Origin: Octopus sinensis
Lineage: Eukaryota
DNA: 64,000 nucleotides
Direction: 5' to 3'
NCBI RefSeq assembly: GCF_006345805.1
Contig: NC_043011.1
Location: 39,878,464 to 39,942,463 of the forward strand
A model generated the notes under the pieces. It ran no database searches. It saw nothing but the letters and a program-made list of their open reading frames with translations, and was not told where the DNA came from. Position numbers and translations under genes: made by a program. Below, piece after piece: positions 12,099 through 25,600 of this stretch. Each line of letters begins with the position of its first letter. Position 1 is the stretch's first letter.

Positions 12099-13164
12099 TG
12101 TGAAGGTGCATGGCCTAGAGGTTAAGATGTTGCGGTTGTTGTGATTGCAAGATTGTGGTTTCGATTCCTGGACTGAGTGGTGTATATTGTTCTTGAGCAA
12201 GTCACTTCATTTTTCACATTACTCCAGTCCGCTCAGCTTTAAATGAGTAACTCTGCAATGAACTAATATCCCATTTAGGGGTGATGTTGTGATGTCAGTC
12301 ATTTAAATGCCATAGAAACCAGTCAACTGACCCTGTGAGTCCCAAGACTCAAGATAGTACTTCAATATTTCCATTATGATGCACAGATTTCACCTACACC
12401 CTGGTGACTCCCACCCCACCCCCTCTATAATGTCTTATATAGTTATATAGCTCATCTACAGCAAGAAACCAGTCCTGTTCTGGTTCCTTCTTTCGTACAT
12501 TAATTCCTCATCTCCTAGCATAAGGCTACCCCCTACTTCTTCTCTATTGTTACCCCACTCAGACGAAAGGATCTTTAGTCTTGCGAGCTGCATTGTAATC
12601 TCACTGGAGCTGATGGTACAAGAAAAAAAATTAAAAAGTACACAATACATTTTGTAAAATGACTGATGTTACAAAGAGCATCCAATCATAGAAACACTGT
12701 CAAAGTAGACCATGGAATGTGATGATAATGATGGTGATAATGATGATGATTTGATATATCTTCATAACACTGTTTGATTATACTAAATACATCCACTGTG
12801 TTTTTGACTTCTTAGCGTAGCTAAGGCTGCTAAGAGCATAATACCTGAACATACACTGTGACAAGCAGAATAATAATAAAAGTAATGGGATGAGAGGACT
12901 GGGCCTCAATGTAGTGGTGGTGTTTTTTTTGTTTTTTTTTTTTTTCTTTTGGTGGAGGCTGAGGGTGGGGTCAGATAAAGAGAAAAATGTGTTGAATTAT
13001 TCAACCTAAACATCTAACTATTATTTCTCTTATCCTCTCCGAAAGGGAAAAAAAAAACACATACAGTTGACTCTGGTCAGATTTGAACTTGTAACACACA
13101 TCTATAACTAAATACTGCAAGGCATTTTGCCTACGTGCTCTATATCACTGCCTTTAATGTGAAG

Positions 13165-13455
13165 GTACATGGCTTAGTGGTTAGGGTATCCAACTCACCA
13201 TCATAAAGTCATGAATTTGCTTCCCAGTGGCACGTTTTGTCCTTGAGCAAGACACTTTATTTCACATTGCTCAAGTTCCACACATCTGGCAAAAAATGAA
13301 TTGTACCTGTATTTCAAGGGCCAGTATTGTTACAATCTGTATTACTCTGAATTTCCCTGAGAACTACATTAAGGATATGTGTGTCTGAGGAGTGCTCAGA
13401 AACATGCATGATCAACTGGAACAGTTATCGTAACCGATGGATCATAGTATACTGC
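13165..13455 (+). mobile_element. tRNA-derived SINE (family 3)
   Basis: CATGGCTTAGTGGTTAGGG head, GTCCTTGAGCAAGACACTTT, and TGTACCTGTATTTCAA...GAGTGCTCAG body shared with 9625-9950, 38250-38420 and 54095-54420. Confidence 0.8.
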
Positions 13456-15868
13456 CTTTAATAATAACTGATTCTAATAAGGGTACAAGGCTTTAGATTT
13501 ATGAAGAAAGGGGAGGGTGCAATTAATTAAATCAAACACAGTACTTGACAGGTACTTTATTCTATCAACCCCAAAGGAATGAAAGGCAAAGATGACCTCG
13601 GCAGGATTTGAACTCAGAAACTAAAGAGCTGGAACAAATGCCACAAGGTGCTTTGTTTGATGCTCTAACAGTTCTGCCAGTCTACTGCAATAATTTCTAA
13701 TATAGACACAAAGCCAGAAACAGAGTGTGAGGGTGGAACAGTCAATTATATCAATCCCTGTACTTGACTTTATTGATCCTGGAATGATATAAGTAATTGA
13801 CAAGTTGATCCACAGTAATTAACTGATGTTTCATGAACCAATGAAGAAACTCCCACAAGGCTGCTCAATTGGTTATTTTTAGTAGGTCAAACAACCACTT
13901 AGACAATAAGGATGAAGATTTTTGATATAAGAATGAGGACAGTGTTTGAGGAGACGGTGGGTTGGCATACCCTCATGAATTAACTTGGATGTGTCAGTGA
14001 TATGCTTATTTTATCAATTCCACAGGAATGAAAGACAAAGCCGGTCTCTGTGGGATTTCAATTTAGATCAGTGACACAATTAAACTAGATATCATTCGAC
14101 TTATGTATTCCAGCTACATTTATGTGGATACCAGAGTTATCTACAACAGTAATAGTGATAACAGTTCTTGCTGCTTAGTTTCAAGACTAAACAAAACAGC
14201 TCTAAGTCAGCAGATATACAATCAAAGTTTATCCAACTAAGGCCATCTAGTTTATATGGGACATGTTAAAACACTATGCTATCCAATGTGCCCTTTCTTC
14301 TGCCAAGATAGCAGAATTTTGTTTGGAGATTTGGCTGCTATTTCTAGCATATCAAGAGAACACATGGTGTGTTCTAGTCTGGACATGTACTTTGTGGATA
14401 GCAGAGAGAGAGGGCAAGTGAAGACTGCAACACTACATGTCGCGGAAGGGGCAGTAAGGTCATCAGACAGGTAGAGGCATGATCTACTTGGAGTCATAAT
14501 TGTTTTAAATTTTAGCCTAAAGCCAGTGATTTTAGTGGAAATGGCTTGTTGATTACATCCCCATCACCCTGCAGTGTTCAACTGGTACTCATTTTATCAA
14601 CCCCTAAAAGGACGAAGAGTGAAATCAACCTGAATGGAATTTAAACTCAGAACATAAACAGCTGGAAGAGATGCTGCTAAGCACTTTTGTCTGATGCGCT
14701 CATTATTCTACCAACCAGTTGCCTTGGTTATAAAACTAATGACAAAGATCTGGCCACATCTAACTGTTCTGTCGATTATCCAGATACCTTAAATAGAATT
14801 GATGTACAGAAGCATAAAAAAGTAAAGCTGACTTTTAACCCCTTAATCCAAGAGATGAAACTAGATATTGTAAAGCATCTAGTCTGGTGCCCTATCGTCT
14901 TGATCATTTCCACTGTTATAACAATATGAATAATGATTACTGACATAAACACAAAATCACAAGTAGAAAGCTATATTTTTCAATGCATAAATACTAATAG
15001 AACAAAATCCTTTAAAAGCAGAAAATACATATGTTGTTCTATGAGTATTTACGCATTGAAAAATATATCTTTCTACTTGTACTACAATACATTTCAGTGC
15101 TTCAAAAAACAAACTTATGTTTGTTTACATATGACGTAATAAAATCACGAATTTTGGAGGAAGATCTGGTCAGTTACTTCCAAAACATCCAATCACACTG
15201 TCTCAACAAGGTGTGGAGGTGGCTCTGGTCCACATGACATTGAGGTATGGCCAGAAATATGCCCTGACAGGTTCTACCAAACTGAGAAGGTACTATACCA
15301 AAGAAAGTACTATGTATAATAGTAAACATATCACCCAACAATGGCAAGAGCAAAGAAGAAGCTATCCACACTGTTTGATTCCCAACAGCCACAGAGATGG
15401 AAGAGGGCAATGCCAGACAGATGGACCAGTAAAGAAGATGCCCTTTTTCATAACTACAGTAGAATCAACAACAATTGCATAGTTGATATACTGATATAAC
15501 CATAAACACCAGCACCTAAAAAGTATTTCATTTTAACCACTCTGGAAAGATAAAAAGCAAAAATCAACCTCTACAGGATTTGAACTCAGAACATAAAATG
15601 AAACAATATAGCTAGATATTTTATTTTCGTCTCTACTGATTCAGCCAAACTACCACACTTATGTTAGGAATAATGTAAAATATTCGAAGAGATAAGAATA
15701 TATTATTCAGTGACATGTAACTAGGTGTGTCACGTGAGACGGTTTTTTTCTCAAATGAATTAATTTAGAAGAGGAAATGTACGTTCTGTAATGTTGTTTA
15801 GACCCAGGACAGCCCTGACAGAGTTGACCTATAATCAAAGTCATTTCACCACAGTCTACATTATTTAA

Positions 15869-16084
15869 CCCTTTCGTTACTGTATTTATTTTGAGATGCT
15901 TTGTGTTTCTTTCAAACAATTTTAAATATAACAAAGCATTTAATGAAATAACTTAGTTATCATTAAGCTAATGTTAGGAACATAAATTGTGACTAAGATT
16001 TGGTGGAAGATTTTAATTCAAAACTTATGAAAACAAGATATTTGTACTACAGAGCCGGTTCCAGCCGGGTTGGTCTCAAAAGGG
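15869..16084. mobile_element. piggyBac-type MITE (second family)
   Basis: TTAA|CCCTTTCGTTAC ... GGTCTCAAAAGGG|TTAA, with TTAA at 15865-15868 and 16085-16088. Confidence 0.7.
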
Positions 16085-16869
16085 TTAATGCATCCTCCTT
16101 TTCAGTTTAACTCTCTTATTATATTTCTGTTGCCATATACTGGTAAGATAGATGCTGCTATCATTCCACTTGAAGCGTCGCACGTGTAGATAACCATGAA
16201 TGCTGCTTGTAAGAGTATTTTTACATATTGCTACCTATGCAAGATACTAGCAACACTCACTTGAGGAAGAACAGTTCTTTCTCACTGGCGAGAACATGTG
16301 AGAATGAGTGTGAGAGTAGACTCTACAGAGACTGGCCAAAAGATGCTGACAATTCCAAGCAAGCATTCTTCCCCCCACCCAATTTTACCATGTGGCAGGG
16401 TTTCTTTTGGAGTTTGCTCCCTTAGTAGTGAGCTCTGACATGGTCTTATACATCACTGAATAGCATTTTAATTATGCAATGCAGAAGTGTTTAACTCTAT
16501 TAAGCATTACATAACCTACATGGACATGCTGTGACTGGAAAAGAAAAATTTTTTTTTAAAAATAAGAAACCCACAAAAAAAATTGAAAGATAGGATGGTC
16601 ACAACTAGGACGTCTTTTATCATAGCTCTCCTTTATTAGAACACTGACCTGAGATTACACAAGAACATCAACAACAACAATCAAAGGAGCCTCTACAGAG
16701 TTATTCAACCAACTATTAATGTTTCTGGTTTGTTTGGTCTGGTTGTTGTTAATTTTTCTGCAGACATTGACTTACAAATCTGAACAGAAAGTGCATCGAT
16801 TTCATTGGTCTCTGGGGGGGCTACCAAGGTCAAAGACACAGCTCATTCTCTTGACTAAGCCATGAAAGA

Positions 16870-16900
<31 letters not shown>

Positions 16901-18164
16901 ATATACTGTAGTTTACATTATCAACTATACTCCTTTTCCCCCTTCCCCAATATGTCAACTGGTGGCCATGTTCAAAATCAATATTAATCTTTGCTAAGTA
17001 AAACATATCGACAGAAGAATAACGATTAGTAGAAAATGAATAAAACTGATTGAATTAACTCCAGAAAAGGTCTCATATATTTTAGCAACCCTCATAAGGG
17101 ATTGAAGTTAAAAGTCAATCTCAGTGAGATATGAAATCCAAAAAGAGATGAATGTCTCGTAAGGACATGGTGTTTCATTATGCATCTATAATATGCTACA
17201 AAGTATATTAAACGTTTTTATAAGTCAATACCGTGTTCTACTGTGTTAGCAATGCTATTACATCACTGCTTGTCTTAACAAGTGATCCAAAAAGCAAATT
17301 TGAACAGCTGTTTCATCTGTTAGAAACAGCAGCCAAATCTCCCATAAATCCTACTCGGTCATCTTAAAACAGAATCAACCCACTGGATAATCTAGTCTCA
17401 AGTTTATCTAAAAAAATATGGGCTATTAAAAGAGTAATAGCCAGCATTAGGGTAGGCCTATGACCGGCCAGTCAAGAAGTTCCCTTCTGTTTGCTTTTAA
17501 GTCCAGTCCACTGTCCATCACCAGCTGGCCAGGCCTGTCACAACTTCACTCTATACTCAATTTTGCCAGCTGAGTGAACTGGAGCAATGTGAAATGAAGT
17601 GTTTTGCTCGAGAATACAATGCATCGCCCAGTCCAGGAATTGAAACCATAATCCTGTGAGCAGGAGTCCAACACCCTAACCACTGAGCTGTGTGCTTCTG
17701 CAAAAATACTGGATAACTGGTACTCAATTGGTTATAATGACAAGGGTTGTAGAGCTGATCCGATCAATGGAACAGCCTGCTCATGAAATTAACGTGCAAC
17801 TGGCTGAGTACTCCACAAATATTCTTTTATTTTTGTACTTGTTTCAGTCATTTGGCTGCAGCCCTGCTGGAGCACCGCCTTTAGTCAAGCAAATAGACCC
17901 CAGCACTTATTCTTTGTAAGCTTAGTACTTATACTATCTTTCTCTTTTGCCAAACCGCTAAGTTACGGGAATGTAAACACACCAACATCGGTTGTCAAGC
18001 GATGGTGGGGGAACAAACACAGACACACAAATACATACACACACATGTATATATATATGACGGGCTTCTTCCAGTTTTCCATCTACTTTCAACACACTAC
18101 CAGAAACAAGGGGTTACTCCTATTATCTCTTAAAAGTCAACCATCTCAGAGACCTATATATTCA

Positions 18165-18590
18165 ATACAAAACCAGGTTTGGTTGGGTTGTAAGAAGCTT
18201 GCTTCCCAACCACATGGTTTTGGGTTCAATTCCACTACATGGTACCTTGGGCAAGTGTCTTCTACTATAGACTTGGGTTTACCAAAGCCTTGAGAGTTGA
18301 TTTGGTAGACAGAAACTGAAAGAAGCCCATCGTATCTATCTATCTATGTGTGTGTATGTGTGTGTGTGTGTGTGTGTATGTGTGTGTGTGTGTGTATGTG
18401 TGTGTCCCACCACCACATGACAACCAGTGTCAGTTTGTTTACATAGTGGTTCAGTGAATAGAGACTGATAGAATAAGTAACAGGTTTTAAAAAAATCAAG
18501 TACTGGGGTTGGTTAATTCGACTGAAAAGTTTTGCAAGGCAGTGCCCCAGCATGGCCACGGTCTAATGACTGAAACAGATAAAAGACACA
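18165..18590 (+). mobile_element. Family-2 SINE (decayed), with a reverse partial copy at about 17830-18075
   Basis: GGTTGTAAGAAGCTTGCTTCCCAACCACATGG...CCTTGGGCAAGTGTCTT...CAGCATGGCCAC. Confidence 0.75.
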
Positions 18591-19374
18591 ATGTGTTCAG
18601 CAAACCTTTGCTAACAAGGAAAAAAACAGCTGTGAATGAATGAATATAAGCAACTGCAAATATTTACAGAAGGACTGGATACAGAGGTTGGTGTGGTGAC
18701 TAGGATAGGGGAAGAGAATAGAATGCTCGAAGTGGTGGAGAGACAGCTGTGTCTGGATGACAGGTAGCATGGCAGGAATCAGCTTTGTTCAGAGGGACAG
18801 GGACAGGTGCAGTGTAATGATAACAATAGAATAGTGGTGAGTCCAGGGTTCAATCTCGTTGCACAGCATCTTGGCCAAGTGTCATGTGACTTGATCTGAG
18901 GCTGATCCAAACCTTGTGAATGAAACTGGGGACACAAACTTCCTTTACTTATTATCCACTCAACATATATTCTTCATTCATTATAGTCACCCTCTCACCC
19001 ACTTCCTACCTCTCACTCTCTCTCACACTGTTGCAACTTCTACCTGCATACACTCCCCGTTCTGCCACTGCACTCACTTCTACTTACCTCATACCTTAAG
19101 GGTCCACACCAATATTCCTCAACCGTTGTTTATTTATGGGCCCCTCTAGTTCCTGTTTTACTTGGATGGACCCTTCTAGCCATTCAATGTTTTAAAAAAT
19201 CTCATAGCATATTTACAATTAAATATTATTAGGATTAGTAGAAAGAAAAATTGTTAAAATATTTTGAGTATTGTAAAAGTATAGCTAACTTATTGCAGAT
19301 AAATTTTAACAACAAAATCTGATATGGACTCCATCAAGGGCTATATGGACCCCAGTTAAGAACCACTGGTTCTT

Positions 19375-20000
19375 AACTGGGAAAGTAGTTGGAAGACATT
19401 CCATTCACTGTACTCAGTGTAAACTATGGACACATAAGAGGTGCAGTGGTATCTCAGGTAGATTAACAGATAAAGTAGTCTTTGTATGTGGCAGATGTGC
19501 AGGAACAATAAGCACTAAGAGCACATAGGACTTAGATTCTCTCAAATGCCCAAGAGGCTCTCTTGAGGTTGTAGATAGTTTCTGTTACCAAGGTGACCAA
19601 ATTAGCAATGGTGGAGGATGCTCTGAAAGTATTGTTTCTAGAATAAGAATTGGGTGGAGGAAGTTCAGAGCTATTACCTCTGTTGGCAACAGAAAGACAC
19701 TATCTCAGAGTAAAAAGTAGACTATATGATGCTTGTGTGCAAACAGCTATACTCCATGGTAGTGAGATATGGGCAATGAATGCAGAAGATATGAATAGAC
19801 TGGAGAGAAATGAAGGTATGCTCCATTAGATGTGCAGCATCAGTGCGCATATATGACAAAGTGCAAATGCATTGAGTGAAAAGTTGGGCATAAGAGGAAT
19901 CAAATGTAGCATGCAAGAGAAGACTACATTGGTTTGGACATGGGAATGAATGAGGACAGCTGCATAAAGAGTGCTGATCACTGAAAGAAGATGGTACCCA
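19375..20000 (+). mobile_element. RTE-clade LINE ORF2 fragment (pseudogenised)
   Basis: Translates to HSIHCTQCKLWTHKRCSGISGRL..FVCGRC, LEVVDSFCY.GDQISNGGGCSESIVSRIRIGWRKF, and RLYDACVQTAILHGSEIWAMNAEDMNRLERNE, with stops and frameshifts. Confidence 0.85.
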
Positions 20001-20289
20001 GGCACTTTGCCACCATCTCTATCCTACTGTCTCCCACTCTCTCTCTCCTGCACTTCCTTCAGGTTGGGCGACCATGTATTTCCTTTGCGGCAGTGCACCT
20101 GTTCCTGTCTTCATTCCTGATCTCACTCTCTCTCTCTCCAGACAGGTAACCTTGTACCTGCTCTGCAACAAAACGCCTGTTTCTATCTCTCTGTCACACT
20201 ATAACCTTTCATCACCCAATACAAGATCACCTCCTCCAATGCCCCCTCCACTCTCAAAAAAGATTTTTTATTTTGTTGTATTGCAAGTA

Positions 20290-20600
20290 CTTGGTGACCC
20301 TGCCAGTGCAGGTGCCACTTAAAAGCACCCAGTCCACACTGTAAAATGGTTGGTGTTTGGAAGGGCATCTAGCTGTAAAAAACCTTACCAAAACTGACCT
20401 TACCTGTGCTGGTGCTATGCAAAAGGTCCACTCTGCTGAGTGGTTGGTGCTAGGAAGGGCATCCAGCTGTAAAAATCCTTCCAAAACAGTCACAGAAGTG
20501 TGGTGCAGGCTTCTGGCTGGTTGGCTCTTGTCAAATCATTCCACCCATACCAGCATGGAAGGTGGACGTTAAACAATGATGATGATGAAGATGATAATGA
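20290..20600 (+). mobile_element. (ATG)n-tailed retroelement 3' region, co-oriented downstream of the RTE ORF fragment
   Basis: Two GGAAGGGCATC(T/C)AGCTGTAAAAA blocks, CATGGAAGGTGGACGTTAAAC, (ATG)n tail. Confidence 0.75.
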
Positions 20601-21269
20601 TGATGACTTAAGCCCATCAGATACTGTCAAAGCATCCAATTCATGCCAGCATAGAATAGACATTAAAAGGTAATGGTGATGATGATGAAAACGTGTGAAA
20701 GCTTATTGGATGGAATCTACCTATAGTTCGAAAGTCCAGCCGTGTCACATGTTGCGTTGGTTCTGTTCGTGAACTGGATTATTCTTACAAGCTAATTCGA
20801 TGAGCAGAAAACTGATGGAGACAGTTGTATGTTGGTGCGTGAGTGAATCATTGCACCTACCAATCATATGGTTGAACAAGGGTTAAACAACAACATCAAC
20901 AAAACTGTCTTCCTTACAAATGTTATACCCCATACTAATGTGAGAAATTATTATTATTATCATTATTATTATTATTATTCAGCAGTCTTATTTTTATCAT
21001 GTGCTTTCACTCCACTACTGAGCGCAGCTCTGTGTGCCTTGGGTATGTACCGTGGTTTGCTGTGATGCACTTATTGTTACTGTATAGAAAGTGTTTTACA
21101 TAAGATGTGTGCAGTGCCTAGTAGTGCTATTTTCTGTATGTTATATATATTTGTCAGTACTGGTGTTTTTGTTATGTATTTGTCTGACTATTTTTTGGTC
21201 ATACCTAATGCGCCCACTATGATAGAAACTGTTTCGGTTTTTAGACTCATTATTATTATTATTATTATT

Positions 21270-21900
21270 AAGGCAGCGAGCTGGCAGTATCGTTAGAACA
21301 CCAGGCAAAATGCTTAGCAATATTTTGTTTGTTTTTACATTCTGAGTTCAAATTCATCCGAGGTCGACTTTGCCTTTCATCCTTTCAGGGTCAATAAATT
21401 AAGTACCAGTTCCGTACTGGGTCAATCTAATCGACTGCCCCCCCCCCCACACACACACACAATTTCGGGTCTTGTGCCTAGAGTAGAACAGATTCATTAG
21501 CACACTGGGCAAAATGCTTAGCAGTTTTTCATCTGCCGCTACATTTTGTCTTCAAATTCTGCAGAGGTCAACTTTGCCTTTCACCCTTTCAGGGTCGATT
21601 AAATAAGTACCAGTTACGCACTGGGGATTGATGTAATCGACTTAACCCCTTCTCCCAAGTTTGAGGCCTTGTGCTTCCAGTACAAAGAATTATTATTTCT
21701 ATTGATCATCAAGCCAGCAAGTAGGCAGAATTATTAGCATGCCATGCTAAATGCTTAGCAATGTTTCACCAGTCCTTACATTTTAAGTTCAAATTCTGCT
21801 GAGCTCGATTTTACCTTTCGTTCTTTTAAGGATATTCGACTAGCTCCCTTCCAAAAAATTTCAGGCCTCGTGCTTATGGTAGAGAGGATTATTATTGATT
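21270..21900 (+). mobile_element. Head-to-tail train of three family-1 SINE variants with (TTA)n tails
   Basis: Three successive GAGTTCAAATTC...CTTTGCCTTTCA...GGCCTTGTGC...GATTATT units following an (ATT)n run. Confidence 0.8.
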
Positions 21901-22019
21901 ATCTCCCCAAGTCATTCTTGGTCAAGCAAATATCCTATATATGATCACAGGCATTTCCAATTATGGCCATCAACTTATTTCTTGAACACAATATACTGCA
22001 CAATATAACACATTATCCA

Positions 22020-22055
<36 letters not shown>

Positions 22056-22324
22056 GGTGGGTTCCAACCCTGGCGAAGTAAAAAGCCCACTTTGCAACTG
22101 TGTGGTTTGGGGTTCAGTCCCTCTGCATGACACCCTGAATAAGTGCTTTTTACTATAGCCCCAAATCATATGCAATCTCTATGTGGGTGTCTTTTCAATT
22201 CAGTGTCTGGTTTAAAAAGCCACATCAGACGCTATGATGGATCTAAGGTCTAAGTTCAAGAGGTGGTCAGACTCTGCATTAGGAGTAGACAATTACCATA
22301 TATACACACACACACATAAATATA

Positions 22325-22556
22325 CAGGGTTGGCCAAAAGTTACCCGACAGTGTGTCAACATTCCATAAAATACTATCTGTAATTCTGTATTGACACGAA
22401 TGGAAAAATGTGTCACTGAAGAAGGACTTCAGTTTCTATAAATTTCATGAAGTTTTTATATCTAGATGCTTCTATTAAATTCATTTAGTTGTTAAACATA
22501 AATATATCTTGGAATGATATACTGATTTACTGCCAGGTGACTTTTGGCCAACCCTG
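22325..22556. mobile_element. Tc1/mariner-type MITE
   Basis: 21-bp TIR CAGGGTTGGCCAAAAGT(T/C)ACC with one mismatch; TA at 22323-22324 and 22557-22558. Confidence 0.85.
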
Positions 22557-23444
22557 TATATAAATATATTTATGTTTAACAACTGAATGAATTCAATAGA
22601 AGCATCTAGATATAAAACATCATGAAATTTATAGAAACTGATATAATGGAGAGAGAGACAGACAGACTTGTGTCTTTGTGCATGTCCCCTCACCATTTGA
22701 TAACCGGTGTTGGTTTGTTTACGTCTCTGTGGCCCAGGAGTTCGGCAAAAGAGGCCAATAGAACTAGAGTAACAGACTTAAAGATAACATGACCTTTCTT
22801 TTGTAAGACAGTAGGATGTGATTTGAGAAAGATTTGACTGCTTTTTCTAAAAGATTGAGCAAACAGGTACGAGTTCCCTTCTCGTGATTAGCTAATCTGT
22901 TGCTTGACCTCTGGTCAATCCTGATACAGCAGAGCTATGACCAGTACCATCCTGGATATGACCATCAATGTCTATCATGATTCTATAACCCCCAAGTTAA
23001 TTCTGACAGAGCAGACACCTATGACCCGAGATATTACAGATGTCCTCAATCAGTCTTATTTATTTATTTTCTCTAAACATCATATACCTAGAACTACATT
23101 AAGCCATGCCTTCTTGGGTGTGGTTTGCGCGAGATTTGGCTGCTATTTCAAGGTTAGTTAACAAAACAAGTATCAGTGATACATCACCAGCCATTCAGCC
23201 GTTTATACCTCCCGCCCGTTCGGTCTTTCGTAATAATGATGTAATGGGCACTATGCCGCAAATATGGAAGAGCGGGGTGTGTGTGTGTGTGTGTGTTGAG
23301 AGAGAGGAGCGCATCAATTAAGTCGAAAACAGTCGTTTTGCTTATTTTATCGAAGTACTTTTCTTGTAATAAGAGTCTATCGACATGGTGGTGCAGGAAT
23401 AAATTCTATTGGAATAAGAACGAAGTCAGAATGACTTAGCCATG

Positions 23445-23500
<56 letters not shown>

Positions 23501-24692
23501 GAGAGAGACAAAGTAACATACGGAGGGAGGAGAGAGAGAGACAAAGTAACATACGGAGGGAGGAGAGAGAGAGATAAAGTGACATACCGAGGGAGGAGAG
23601 AGAGAGAGATAAGACTCTGCCAAGAGTGAGAGACAGACAGAAAGAGTAAGAGACAGGAAGAAAGAGTAAGATATAGAAAGAGGGAAGTTATAAGAAAAAG
23701 TAAAAAGAAAAATGAACAGGTAATAATAAATGGGTGGTTTTTATCTTTTTGTAAATGCACCAAAATAACTATCTTAATATTTTATACATTTGTACAGAAG
23801 AAATGTAGAAATGAGAGAGAGAGAGAGAGATTAGAAGAAAAAAAAAACAGTAAAAGAAATTGAGAAGAATAAACGAAACAAAAAGGGGTGGAGAAAAAAA
23901 GCAAACTAAAACGATGAGGGGGGCGATGGGGAAAGAGTAAATGTTTTGTTAAGATTTAAAATTTAAGCGAAAAATACATAAAAAAAATAATTCTTTTACA
24001 GAAAATATTAAAGCTAATATTTAATGCACAGATGTTGGTGGGCGGATTAGACAGGTAGATAGATAGGGAGGTTGATTAGGTATGTAAGGTAGGTCATGGG
24101 TTTTTAGAAATTGATATAGTTCCATAATTGAAAAATGTGTGTGTATTCATAGATATTGCCATATATACATACACACACACATACATACACATACTTGCAG
24201 TTATATGGAGTATGCTTGAGTTTGTGGGAGTATGTGTTTATGTCTGGCGTATGTAAGCAAACTGTGCATATGTTTACAAAGGTATATATGCAAGTATGTA
24301 TCTATGTATGCATGTATGTATGTATGTATACACACATGGATACCAACTTGTATACGTGGAGAGTGCAAGCATGCGGACATATGCATGTGTGCATATGTAT
24401 ATGAGAATGGGTATACACACACACACATATATATATATACATACACACACACACACACACACACACATGCACGCATTCCAGCTTCCGGGTGTGCACGCAT
24501 GTCTGTGTATATTAAATGTAGATGTATGCATGTGTTCATGTGGGTTGTATATATGTAGGTGCGCATTATCCATTCATGCATGGATAATGCAAACGTACAT
24601 ATGGAATTACACAAATGAAAAATTTGGTATTCTATCGAAAAATCGGTATTTTCTTTGTTCTTAAGTTCGCATGAAGATCGTTAACGCATTTG

Positions 24693-24723
<31 letters not shown>

Positions 24724-24800
24724 TAAGGGTAGAAATTGATATTTATCAATTAAGACCAGTGGTCTAGCATATTAAAAAAGAATCCGAAGATTAAAATATT

Positions 24801-25000
24801 TATATATACCAATTAAGGACTGAACACGAAAAGTGGACAGTCAACATGCTAGATATAGACGTCAAATTGCCATTCACCACAAAAGATTATGTTCTCAGAT
24901 CAAGAACATAATCTGAGAACATAATCTTTTGTGGTGAATGGCGATTTGACGTCTATATCTAGCATGTTGACTGTCCACTTTTCGTGTTCAGTCCTTAATT

Positions 25001-25010
<10 letters not shown>
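24801..25010. repeat. Near-perfect 100-bp inverted repeat with 10-nt loop
   Basis: 24801-24900 is the reverse complement of 24911-25010 with a single mismatch (AAATTGC vs AAATCGC). Confidence 0.97.
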
Positions 25011-25039
<29 letters not shown>

Positions 25040-25365
25040 CATATGTATGTATGTATATATGTACGTATGCATCAGGAGCATGCACATCGCAAAATCCTAT
25101 TTCTCATCTCATCTTTCTCAAATTCTAGTGTCTAACTGGAATGTTTTATAATTTCTAAAGAATTTTGTTTTTAATTCAGACTATACGTGGGAGAAAGGTG
25201 TAGACATGGGATGAAAATATATAGCCACACATACACACCCTTACATATATAAACACATACATTTGCATACATGCAGCACACATGCTCACTCAAAAAAAAA
25301 AAAAAGCCTAGAAGCAAGGTGGAAACAGAAATTTGGACTCACTGATGTAAAAAATAATTGAATGA

Positions 25366-25400
<35 letters not shown>

Positions 25401-25551
25401 CATATATATAGAGAAATATATATGCATATATACACACATATATATATGCATATATATACACACACACACATATATACAGAGAAATATATATGCATATATA
25501 CACACATATATACAGAGAAATATATATGCATATATACACACACACACACAC

Positions 25552-25600
<49 letters not shown>

